Notes under the pieces: generated by a model | What the model was told of the DNA's origin: nothing | What the model saw: the letters and a program-made list of their open reading frames with translations, nothing else | Database searches by the model: none | In this document: piece by piece, positions 24,106 through 36,374 of the stretch | How the letters are laid out: the number at the start of each line of letters is the position of its first letter | Numbering within the stretch: the stretch's first letter is position 1 | Source of the DNA: Mobula birostris | Taxonomy: Eukaryota | Direction: 5' to 3' | Assembly: GCF_030028105.1 (NCBI RefSeq) | Contig: NC_092378.1 | Span: 106,939,731-107,003,730, forward strand | DNA length: 64,000 nt | Translations under genes and position numbers: made by a program

Positions 24106-26669
24106 CTAGAGAACAAATCAATATCATGTATTGATATTCCTAGCAAAAAATATATATCAAGTCTTAAAAACTACTTTCTAAATTAATGTTGATCTTATTA
24201 TTTAACTTCATATGGTTAGTAGCTGCTTTATGTTCTTCTACCAGACACAAATTCCTCCTTTTCTAATTCTGTCTACTCTTCTGTCCCTACAAACTGTTCT
24301 CCATTTTATGACACTTTCCATGCAACCAGAGATACAATTCCTCTTCTTTCACCACTTCCCTTTACATATTCAGGGACTCTACAATAGTCTTTCCAGGAGA
24401 AGCAGCAATTGGCACTTCCAGTAGAGTGTACTACATTCAGAACTCTTCTACAGCAGAGAAACCAAATGCAGGTAGGGTGATCACTTTGACAAGTACCTAC
24501 ATTTAGTCCATAGGCGTGATCCTGAGTGTCCAATTGTCTGTCACTTTAAATTTCCATCCCACTCTCCTTCTGACTTAACCACCAATGGCTTCCTGCACCG
24601 ACCCTCAGGAGCCACCACAAGCTGGAAGAATAACACCTTTGTGGTCTGTAATGATGGTTTTGGGGGTCAGAGAAAGTTTAGGAAGAGGGATGTGGGGAAC
24701 TAGAGGACATGCTGGAGTCTAAGTCTCCGCTCTGCATTCAAACACCAGCGGCGAGAGCACGGTCAGATTTTGGGCCCACAGACCAGTGAGTATATTCGAG
24801 GTCCCGTCAGTAGCAAGACAGGAGTTCGAGGCCTGGAGTTCAGGCTCTCATCCCGGGTCCTCATTCAACATTATCTGCAAGTCCTGGATTGACACTGCAG
24901 ATCCAAGCCGAAAGGTTGATCAGCTGTCCGGATCGAAGTCCAAAGGTCTATTGGAGGTTCAGATCAAAACCCAAAGGTTGATTGGAAATCCAGAAGTCAA
25001 GGCCCAATAGCTGGAGCATGCGTCTTTGAATCTCTGTGAGTACGCCGGGGAAGACAGGGCCCAGTAACTGCGAATCCACAAGTCCACCAGAGGCTGAAGA
25101 AGACAGCCTGTCCTGGAGTTAGAGGACTACGAGTTGCATTGGGGGATGGGTGGGAAGGAGGGAAAACACAGCTTGTTCCACTGGTATTGCTTTGTTGCTT
25201 GCTATCTTCTAGTTTGTTGTCTCTGGTTGTTCTGCTAAACATTGTGAACATGCTATATTGGTGCTGGAATATGTAGTGATACTCCCTTGCACATTCACAA
25301 ATATTTCACATTTAGAACGGCACATTTTACCATATGTTTTGACATTCACGTGAAAAGTAAATTAAAATCTAATCCAATATCATCTTCCAAATAGACACAA
25401 CACAGTCTTCTGGTCTCAATTTTACATAACTCCTTTCATTCTGAATCGGAACTGGCAACTTCTGCCACGCATCCGTTTTTTTCTGTTTGGCTCAGTTTTT
25501 CTCTTTCTCTATTTTTACAGCCTATAAGAAACTTAATCTGCTTTTAACTTCTACATTAGCCATTTGGTCTCACCCAATGTCATATTAGATTTTTTAAAAC
25601 AATGAATGAATGTCTGTCAGGTCAAGCGACAACTCAACTCTTTCTAAACTCTAGAGCATGTAGTGTCTGTAGGTCTGTACAGTAAATAAGTAACCATTAA
25701 AATGTGAATGTCTGTGAGTGGATAAACACTAAGAATGTCTATCTGCATTTGGGCTTATTGTTTATGCATGTAAACATTAATATGCTTTTGAAAGTCCAAG
25801 GAACATTGTGTTGGGACATGAGTTAATGAGGCAATGTCTAGTTGATTTATGACGACTGTGTTAATGGACAGGCTGTGTTGAGACAAAAGATCAAAGAGTT
25901 TCTCTGGTTCTTGTGAGGCTTGTGACTATATTGGGCTGCGTTTTCACAATTTTCTTTGAACTTCAAGTGGAGCCGGATTGCGATCAGTGCCTGTGACCAA
26001 GGGGTGATTTCATGAGCAAGTCAGAAATGAGAGTTCCCCTGCCAACAGCAACAACCAAGTGGTGAGTAAGAAATGTGAGCCCAGAAATCTTTGTGACTTG
26101 CTATGTAGTACTTTATGCTTTCTATTCTATGATAATAAATTAGACTTAAGTTAATTTGTTGTGCCTGTATGCTTATTATCACATTTAATGGACACTTGAA
26201 TGGTTGGGTCTGATTAAACAAGCCCATTACACCCTATCACAAATACTTTCTTTCTTCGACTCACCCCACATCCCATCTTCTCTGCAACTGAAAACTAAAC
26301 TTGCTTTCTTTCCCAGTTCTGGCGAAGAGTCTGGGACTTGAAACCTTCTTTTCCTCTTACCACTGAAGCTATCTGATCCATTTCCTGTGTTCTCTGTTTT
26401 ATTCAGATTTCCAGCAGCTGCAGTTTCTTCTTGATTTTCACTTAAAACTCTAGGCTCTTCTCAGCAGGGAACTCAATTTAAAATGCTATAGGAATGGATT
26501 CACATCCAATCTACTAGAGTGCCCAGCTACAGACAATTCTGTTTCAATCAGAATTTAGTGCAGTTAATACAAACACTCTACTTATTTAAAATGGCATTTA
26601 GACATAATGTTTAATGAACATGATTAGTTGTTGCTCTTATGGACAGCATGCAGATCCAGAATTTAGGAG

Positions 26670-27177
26670 ACGCTCTCCTTTGGTCGGGGTTGGAGTCAAC
26701 CAAGGATGTTTCGTCCCATCTGTCTATGTGATATGCAAGCCAGCTCAGTATGATATGGAGAGCAAGCTGTTGCCCATGTAGCAGGCACCCCCTCTCCGTG
26801 AACTCAATGTGGGACTGCATTAGGGACTTCAGTTCTGGATTTTCCCCCCGGGTTTACTCCCAAAGCCTTCCCCATGAGTGGATAGAGCCACAGGGCAGCG
26901 GAAGTTTGAGATCAGAGTTTTCCTTCTCCTTATAAGCTCTCAACCACGGCTGATGAACTCCCTCTGCCCAAAGCTACTGGTTTTAAGGCACATAACCTGC
27001 CTTTATCCCTTCTCCTATCAGGAGAAACACTTCTGCTCGGCTTAGTAGCTAAACTACACATGAAGGCCAGGAGCTGGACTTGGTTGTCAGAGGTTATTTG
27101 AAAAGCACGCCATTGGGAACATTTGATAGGCAGTGGGAGATTATCCCCACTATCAAACCCGGCTACAACAACCTTAC
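26670..27177 (-). mobile_element. RTE-related non-coding repeat, second copy
   Basis: Colinear with 2610-3190. Confidence 0.55.
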
Positions 27178-27852
27178 AGGATCGTCCAGAATTTAAAATG
27201 TTCAAATAATAGCTACAGTTTATTCCTAACAATCTCCCCCTCCCATCCACACATCCAAACCCCAGAAATGAAAACCAAATTAATTAAAAATTAACATTGT
27301 TTTGCTTGAATTTTATAAAACCCAAAAGTTTCCCATGTATCTTTGACGAATACAGATGTTTCTTTATGATATGGTTCTTATACAACTTCAGCCCAATACA
27401 AACATTGTTGACTCTGAATTTATTGCTACTCAGTCACATTAACCAACCGTATATAAATTTGCACTGAATGCTGATTTTGGCAGGGATATCTGTATTTTGA
27501 GAATAAGGATCACAAATTGGACTGATTAAATTATCCCTATGAATGGCAGTGATTAAACCATTATAAAGATTGATAAAATATCATTATTGCCTAACTGAAT
27601 GGGGAGGGGGAGAGGTTGATGCTTTGCTGCTGCTTCTACGTGGGAGGGGAGAGGAGGGGGCTTTGGGTTCTAACATTTTTACTGTCATTCATTCTTTTGG
27701 GTACTCTTCTGTTTTCATGGATGTCTGTGAAGAGCAAGAACTTCAGGTTGTATATTATATACATTCTCTGATATTAAATGGAACTATTTGTTTTGTTAAT
27801 TCATAGAAATATTCCAAGTGATATTACATAAAGGTATTTATTATAATCAAAC

Positions 27853-27934
27853 CTTCTTCTTGTCCTTTTCAATGAAATCTTCAATTAAAAAATCAAACAC
27901 ATCATCCATGTTAAAATAACCAGGTAATGGCACC
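27853..27934 (-). CDS. FAM234A: FAM234A coding exon 8
   Basis: GVPLPGYFNMDDVFDFLIEDFIEKDKKK; ttacag / gtttga; 82 nt, phase-consistent. Confidence 0.85.
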
Positions 27935-30150
27935 CTGTAAATAAAAATCTTGCATCATTCCAAAAAGTATTTTTATATACTATTTTTAAATAAATGCTGT
28001 ATAAAGTTATCTTGTCAAAAGTAATCTACTCTTATTTCCTTCAACTTAAAAACAATATATCGTAACGAATCAACACATTTTGAAATGCCGTTCATCACTT
28101 TTTCTAAAAACTTTCAGTAAATGCTTGGCAAAGGATCCCAAAATATTGGCATAAAATAAGGCAATTTTTCCCACAAAGTCTATGCTGGCTCTAAGTAAAA
28201 ACAGTGCAGCCCATCCCCCTCTCTGCCTGCTCCCCATAATGCGGAAATATTTTTTCTATTTATCCAGTTAATATGGCAATTGAATTTATTGCCATTAATT
28301 TTCCATCAGTGCATTCCAGATTGTGATAACTTACTTCATTAAGAACCAGCCCTGAAGCATATTGGAGGGTGTTGAGTTATATTCTCTCTCAATCTTCAAT
28401 GGTTTAATGGATACAAGCTCAATCTTTCCTTGTACAACAATCCTATCATTCTGGGGATCAGTCTGGTAAGCATTAACTGCATTCCCTCAATGGCATGAAA
28501 TACTTTCTTTCTTAGATAACGAGACCACGGCTACACACAATACTCTAAGTGTGGTCTTACCAAAACCCTGTTCAAACGAGCCTTGCAAGACTAGTTGTTC
28601 AGTTGTTATTAAACTATTACTTTCATCTTTTTCCTGCTTTCTTTGACTCTTCCTTTCTCTTTGTACAAGTTCTGGGTTTGACTGTGTTTCCTGCATGCAC
28701 CCACAATGCAACCAAACCACCTCCTTCCTAAGGTCCTCCCTTTGTTCAAGTAGTTTTGCATGCTGATCTTTAGTGCCAATTTAAACAGAAAGTGCTGGAT
28801 ACTAACATGTTGGTTAATGTTTCAGTTTGTGACCTTTCATCAGAACAGGTAAAGTTCAGAGATAAGAGTAGTTAGAAGTTGCAGCAGAAGAAGCAGTGAG
28901 GAAAATGAAGATAAGATGAATGGTAGAATAAAGACCAGTAAAGATTGCAATATTAATGTGGAGGAGGAGCCAGATGAAGGAGGTTGATGGTAAAGTTAAC
29001 AACAGAGGACAAGCAGATGCTAGAGGAGATGCAAGCAGGTGTTGTTACCAGAAGAGGAAGAAACTAAGCCTGAGATACAAAGCTGGAATGGCTGAACTGA
29101 ATATTAAGCCCAGAGGATTATAATGCATTTAACCAAAATATCTTTCTGGACTCGACAATGAGCAACTGAATCAGCCGAGAACTGATGAAATATCAATGGC
29201 CTGAAATTATGTTTTTCTTTCAGATATTACCTTTCCTGACACCTCTGCTATCCATTTTGTCTTCTATACCAGATTTTCAGCATCTGCAGGCTTTTATTTG
29301 CCCTTTGATTCCAATTTGCCAAATCAGATTCTTAAAATTGGCTTTCGGTTCACCTACTTTTCTCATAAAGTAGTCCATATCAATTTCATAACTATTGTGA
29401 GCTCATGATATAATGCTTGTTGCTTTCCAACTCTTCCACCACAGAATCCTGTTCCACATTTTTGTACAGAAGCAAGTCCTCCTTCCTGCTGGGCCAGATA
29501 TCCTCCTGAATACACCATTATTTTCTTACCCGCTTTGCCTCTTTTATTATCTTTGTCCATATGAACAGATGAATCCCCTCACAAGGCTAACAATCTCAGA
29601 ATTTGGATGTTTCTGTGACTTTCCAACAAATTTGCTCCTCCTTTTCCTTTTCATTGTTGAGCAATCCATAGAATACATCCATTGATGAAATGGTACCTTT
29701 ATAGATTCTCCACTCTTACCAATTAGATTGTGCTTCCCTGTCTAGGCAAGCTCCCTCTCCAAAGATGTGATATTCTCTAAATGAACACTGCCCCTGAATG
29801 CCACCCATCCTTCCCCATGTACCATAACACCCCAATCCTGCCTTCTCCACCCCAGCCATGACTCTGTTATTATTATAACAGATGAATCCTACTTGACTAT
29901 TTATTATGAGAGCCATTGTTTTCTATTAATATATGGTCTCTGGAGCAGGATAAGAATAGCACAGCCACGTACTGACTCACAGCTGACACCACTGCTTACA
30001 TCTCTGCTTTATATAACCACACAAGTACAACCAGCCAATACAAATCAACTGAGGATCTACAGGATATTAATAAAGTAAGGTCCTAAACTTTTAATATTGT
30101 CATTACTACCCACATCTACTGTTTTAGTTGGAAATTAAATAAAAATTTAC

Positions 30151-30297
30151 CCTTGAATCTGCGATAGATTATGATACCAACAGGTCTGCAAGCTCTGTCC
30201 ATCCAAAAGCTCAACTGTATCATTTGTGCTAATTAGCAGTTTGCCAGCATTCTTTCCCGGGACATGCACCTGCTGAAGATATTTAGTAGTCTGGGAG
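30151..30297 (-). CDS. FAM234A: FAM234A coding exon 7
   Basis: SSQTTKYLQQVHVPGKNAGKLLIS...LLDGQSLQTCW; 147 nt. Confidence 0.9.
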
Positions 30298-30591
30298 CTG
30301 GAAGGGAGAAAGATGAAGGGACGAAATAATAAATGTTTTAAAAGTTAACAATTCAGACATTACTCCAAATTGCTATTAGTTATATTTAATTTCACTGATG
30401 ACCAACAATTGTTAAATGTTCTCATATAAAAAGGCATTAGGTCTTCAAAAAAGAACTCACCAAATAGAAGGTATTTTCCTTTAAAATATTGTAAGTTTTG
30501 TTTTCAAAATAACTAACTTGATTTAATTTATGGTTTCATTGTTTGTTAGCAGTAAGAACCTAATATTAGATATGCACAAACAGAAACTCAC

Positions 30592-30742
30592 CTGTACACT
30601 TCTACCATTCCAGACATGGTATCAGTCTTTTTCTCCCATTCGGGATCTGATTTCTTTAATATTGGATTCAGTTTTGACGTTGAAAGTGGCAATCCAGTTG
30701 CTTGAGCATAAATATCTTTTAGTGCCACTCCTTGCCCATTTC
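30592..30742 (-). CDS. FAM234A: FAM234A coding exon 6
   Basis: GNGQGVALKDIYAQATG...KKSDPEWEKK...; tccag / gtgag; 151 nt. Confidence 0.9.
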
Positions 30743-32971
30743 CTGGAAATTTAGAAAATTAATTTGTTATTTTAACTCCATGCACTAGATGGTCTATGAT
30801 CTGCATATAAAGATAAGTAGGTGGCAAGAGGCCAGGCACATTTAAATATGTCAAAAGTTCAAAGTGAATATACGTACTTTGATAATAAATTTTCTTTGAA
30901 CTTTTGACATACTTAACCAATTACCTTGCTATGGAAAAGGTGTGTTACCCCTAGAAATTTCTTCATATTTATACTTCAGTGAACATCACTAATACATGAT
31001 TGATTGACTGGTGACTATTATGTTCCTGTTTGTGGGAGTTGCTGTACACAGGCAGGTTTAGGCTACTTACAAAAACTAAAGAGTTTACTTGGTTATTATC
31101 ATTTAGCCAATCCTATCACAATGTCCTGAACATATGGATCAATATTGTGCTTTCTTAAAGAAATGTAGTACGTATCCTCACTCTGTAGTAACAGTCATGA
31201 TCCAGTTTACAACGATAGTTTTCTTTATTCATCCCATTAAATGCTGGAAGGGAGAAAGATGGAGGGAAGAAATAACAGATGATCTCCTTTCAACCCAATC
31301 TGCTTTAGTGATAACCCTCGCGGTCTCTCACTACGTACAACTTCTTACCCAGTTTATGATCAATGCAGACCTACAGGACATTACTGTTGTTAGCAAGTAT
31401 AAAATGATTTTTGCTTTACAGATATATAGGCTCATATAATTTAAGCTGTCTACCTCTTCTTTGCAACTCAGACACATTTTTTTTAGTTGTTCATTCCACA
31501 ATTTAAGTAGGTCCTTAATGATCATCTATAGTTGTTTACCAGATAATATACTAACCACTAGATAGCTTTTGAAAAGAACTCCAGTCAACTTTAATATTAA
31601 ATGCCCCCCCCCCCAGTACTAGATATGATTGTACCTTACTTTAATGTCAATCCCATCCAACTTTCCTCAGAAAACGACAGTAACATCCTTTTCTGAAATA
31701 ATGTTTTGGCACTAGAGTTTCAGGAAAAAAAAGCAAGTTCTACATGAACTGGGAAGAGATTGACTAGGTGGGCCTTGACAAAGTTTGAAGGTAGAGCAAG
31801 CCTGGACAATTTTCCATGTTACCAAATCAAGGATGTTGTCATAATCTCTCTTGAAGCAGGTGAAGAACATCTGCAGGTGCAAATCTTCAGCAATACAAAT
31901 GTGATCTTATCAGAATCCAAACCTTCATTTTATCTCTATACTTTTTGGTGTCACATTGACTGAACCAACCTGGCTGGATGTTTGAATGTGCAATTGTAGA
32001 GATCATGGGTGGCACCATCCACTTGGGATATGTGGACAAAGGTGGTCAAGGATATATCCAGCTAGTTCTCAGTATGCACTTGGTAATCAGTACCTTAGCT
32101 GATGAAGGGATATTTTATTCTGATTTGTAGGATCATTTTCCTCTGACTACAAAGACGCTGCTTTTGGTATTTAGCATGCATCTCTGTGTTGCAGCATCAC
32201 AGGATAGCTGTAATTCACTGTTGGGTTGAACTGATTGGTTGTTAAATCAAGAAAAAATAAAGTATGCGCTCATTTCACAACTAACCTCAATCCCCAATGT
32301 TCACAGCACATTACTCAAAACCATTAGGAAGGTGCTATTTCTGGAAAACCTTTTAATCACCTAATCAAGCATTGTACAGCCGATGAATAAATTGAAATTC
32401 AATGACAAATGTTTTGTGAATGAAAGCAGCTTCATACTAAGAAATAAGCAGCTTGATGATTTATTTTCATTGTGTCTGTTGAAAATGAATGTTGGTCACG
32501 CTCTTAAGAGAATTTCTCAATCATTTTTCACAAAGATAGGCAGAGAGAGCTGAAGTTTAACATATCAACAAAATACATACTTCTCTAATTGTTTACCATT
32601 GTAAAGTACAAGTGAAATGGGCCATTGGTCGCCAACAAAGGCTCAGAATGATCCCAGTCAAAACTACCAACTACACATAGACCCCAAACAACAGAGAATC
32701 TGCAGATGCTGGAAATCAAAGTAATACACACAAGATGCTTCAGATGCTGCCTGGCCTTCTGAGTTCCTCCATTGTTTTGTATGTATGACTACACATGGAG
32801 GCAAGTTTTGCTATTGATGCTTCATTGTCAAAAATCCAACACCTGGTGTTTTGGCCGACCTGAAGAAAATGGAATGAGCTTTTCCAGAACCTTATTAATT
32901 GTGTAATTGTATTTCAAGAAATTAAAAGTGGCAATAAGCACAAATAGAAACACAAATATCTTAGCAGTTAC

Positions 32972-33131
32972 CTTGAATAAAGAGAATATAGTAGGCCCCA
33001 GTATTGGTAATATGAATCAGGGGACTGGAAGGCATGAAACCTTTGGTAATATTGCGGTACACTTTTTCACCAATGGGATCTCCATTCTTTCCAGATATTA
33101 GCAGGAAAATCAATGTATTAACTGAGATACC
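32972..33131 (-). CDS. FAM234A: FAM234A coding exon 5
   Basis: GISVNTLIFLLISGKNGDPIG...LIHITNTGAYYILFIQ; cctag / gtaac; 160 nt. Confidence 0.9.
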
Positions 33132-33168
33132 CTAGGAGCAAAAACACAGAACTCATTCTAAATGCATA

Positions 33169-36100
33169 TGTAAGGCTATAGACAAACCCTGCTCCTCAGT
33201 GTCTAGGGAAACCCCGCAACCAGCCAACCACGTAAGCCAGTTTATGTGGAGGCTGCATAAATGCCCAATTCACAGGTCAGACAGAACATCATAAGCGGTT
33301 CAATACGTATACTTTATAAATCTTGCCGTGAATATCGGTTAACAAAGAATACACTCTAAAAGAATAAAATGAAAGGCGCCAAAGTTCAAATGGAGTTTTA
33401 AAAGTCAGTGCACCTAAGGCTTTGTTGGAGCTCAATATCCCGCAGAACCTCAACCCTCCGTCCTTGGCCTCCGACGACCCGCACGGGACCACACCTCGGG
33501 TGGTCAACCAGAGCGCCTCTGATTGCGACCTTCCTCCGTCTTCTCCACCCGATAAACCCGCCAAACCACATGGTCCCCAGCCATATGAGACAGAATATCA
33601 CCCACAAAAAGAATAACATAGACACCCATTGGTTCGTTCTCCCCCTTATCAATAATATAACCCAAACAAGCAGGGGAGAGAGAGAACTCCTTACATCGCA
33701 GTTATTATTACAGAAAAGCCATTTTATATAACATACAAAGAAGCCATTTTAGACATCTCAGCAGCCATTGTAACCAAGACCCAGTTACACTCTGCCCCCA
33801 CCAAATAAAGTCATGTCCTCATGACATTAAAGGAGTTCACCAATCCTCCTTGCAAAACACATAACCCAACCCAGGTGCATAAAGCAGTGACATAACTTCC
33901 CAGGGCGGTAGAGATCACACCTTGTTCTCCCCGTGCTACATAGGTCAACCTCTCCGGGGGGGGTTCCTACTTCTCTGAGACCTCTGTACCTCCTCTGGTG
34001 ACCCTTCCGGCTCAGACACCACTGGAGATATCTCCGGTCTGCTTGCCAAATCCTCTCTGAGTCTCTTACTCATGCCCCCACTGCAACCTGGAGCCTCCTG
34101 TCCTGTGTCTAGACACCCCTGTCTCTCCTTCAGGCTCCTGCAGTAACCCAGGCTGCCCACAGCTAGCCCCCCCCAGCCCCACCTCACCTGCCTCAGTGGG
34201 CCAGGAGTCTCTTCATCAGCAAGGGGAAGTTAGTGAAAAGCAGCATGCAACACACCTTCATCTCATCATCCTTTGAATCCACATTCTTCTCCCTTTCCTT
34301 GATTTGTAGCTGCTGTTTGGTTTTCTCCAAACTGGAGCACTTGGCCTGAGCTGCCCCTGCAGCCTCTTCAGCCTCCTGCAAATCGAGGCGTCAGCTTCTT
34401 CACTAACTCCTCTGCTTCCAGCCGCAGTAGTTCAGACTCACGCTGTGTGTTCATCTCTATCTGGGACGCAGTTACACCACCAGCTTCTTCCAAGCTGTTC
34501 TGGATCAATTTCTCCAGTTTCTGCTGATCCTTTCGAAGGTTGGTCATTGTTTCATCTCTCTGGATTACTTCACCAGTAAATGACTGCAGTTTCAGCTCGG
34601 AATTCAGTTTCCCCGTCTTCACTTTGACAAGCGTAGACTCCAATTCTTCAATCTTTGTCCCAAAATTGCAGCACTCAGTCTCCAGCCTGCATCCCTGAGC
34701 GTTCAGTTCAGCGGTGCAAATTTCCTCTCTCAGCAGAACAGTCACGAGCTGCGTCCTTCTCCAGACTTGGCACTCATCCAAATAAAGTTTTACTTCGTTA
34801 ACCCCTAGTCGCCTGGGATCCCTCACTCGCCTTGCTTCATAGTCGTCCAAGGCGAATCCCACAGAGACACACCAGCACTTATTTAAACAGGGCAAACATG
34901 CAGCATCCTACAAAAATCCATATTCCGGACGAGCCCCCAGAATGTAAAGCTATAGACAAACCCTGCTCATCAGTGTCTAGGGAAACCTTGCAACCAGCTA
35001 ACTACGTAAGCCAGTTTATGTGGAGGCTGCGTAAACGCCCAGTTCACAGATCAGACAGAACACCATAAGCGGTTAAATACGTACACTTTATAAATGTTAC
35101 TGCGAATATCGGTTAACAAAGAATACACTCTAAAAGAATAAAACAAATGTAACTGGATCTTGGATACACTGGCTGCTGAGGTGTCTAAAATGGCTTCTTT
35201 GTATGTTATATAAAATGGCTTTTCTGTAATAATATCTGTGATGTAAGGAGTCCTCTCTCTCCCTGCTTGTTTGGGTTATATTATTGATAAGGGAAGGAAC
35301 GATCCAATGAGTGTCCATGTTATTCTTTTTGTGGGTGATATTCTGTCTCATATGGCTGGGGACTGTGTAGTTTGGAGGGTTTTTCGGGCAGAGAAGACGG
35401 AAGAAGGTCGCATTCAGTGGCGCTCTGGTCGACCACCTGAGGAGTGGTCCCGGGCAGGTCGTCGGAGGCCGAGGACGGAAGGTCGAAGTTCTGCGGGATA
35501 TTGAGCTCCAACGAAACCTTAAGTGCACTGACTTTTAAAACTCTATTCGAACTTTGGCGCCTTTCTTTGTGTAAGGAGTTTCTTCTTTCATGTTACTTGC
35601 TGACGCTAATAAAATGGTTTCTCTGTAGTGTTGTAATAAAATGGCTTCTCTGTAATTTTAACTGATGTGGTAATGTTCTCTGTAGCAGCATGTTTGGGTT
35701 ATAATTAGTGATAATGGGACGTATTCGTTTGCTAACCAACTGGGATAGATGTTATTCTTTCTTGTGTATGTGAAAGCTGTTGTTCACGCGGGATTTGAGG
35801 GAAAAGGCGCGAGGAGGATGAAGAGAGAAGAGGTGGCTTGAGGAGACGGTTGCCGGACCCGCTAGGCCTGGGCTTGGGGCAGGACCCCAGGGGCCAACTA
35901 GCGGAGGAGGATCAGCGAAAGGGCATCAGTGGGCTCCAACGTTTGTGCACTGGACATGTTTATGAGATTATTGGCGCCTTTTATTTGTTTTCCTTTTCTT
36001 TTGTTTCTCTACTAACCCCATACTTAGATATAAAATCTTAATCGTTTAACCACACATTGTGGACTGAATGTTATTTTGGGGTACTGAGGTTAAACAGGGG

Positions 36101-36198
36101 ACACAACTCGCAGCATCCACCCAAACAAGAGTGCTAAAGTATGGCCAGGGAGGGGCCCCACCCCCGCGATCATGCCACTAGATGCAATGAGTCTTACA
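33169..36198 (-). mobile_element. Gypsy-type LTR composite: non-autonomous element A (minus) joined to solo LTR B (plus)
   Basis: LTR 33169-33789 (TG..CA), PPT 33790-33803, tRNA-Pro PBS 34922-34939 (TGGGGGCTCGTCCGGAAT). Second LTR split into 34943-35143 (direct) and 35148-35565 (inverted). LTR B 35570-36198 (TGTAAG..CTTACA). CATA flanks both outer ends. Confidence 0.88.
34255..34740 (-). pseudogene. Captured myosin heavy chain tail fragments inside LTR element
   Basis: IEELESTLVKV, LEEAGGVTASQIEMNTQRESELLRL and LQEAEEAAGAAQAKCSSLEKTKQQLQ match sarcomeric myosin II rod motifs; frameshift near 34380. Confidence 0.8.
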
Positions 36199-36374
36199 CA
36201 TACATATCTGCCAGTCATATTCAACGCAACCACCTTGTACAAAGTCAAAAGTGCACGTGCTTGAAGTTAATGTAGTAATTATCAATTACTTTACAGTTTG
36301 CTAATTCTTTATATAAATGACCACACGGTATTGACTTCTTAAAAAATTTTATTTAGTGATAACAGTTTGGAGTA

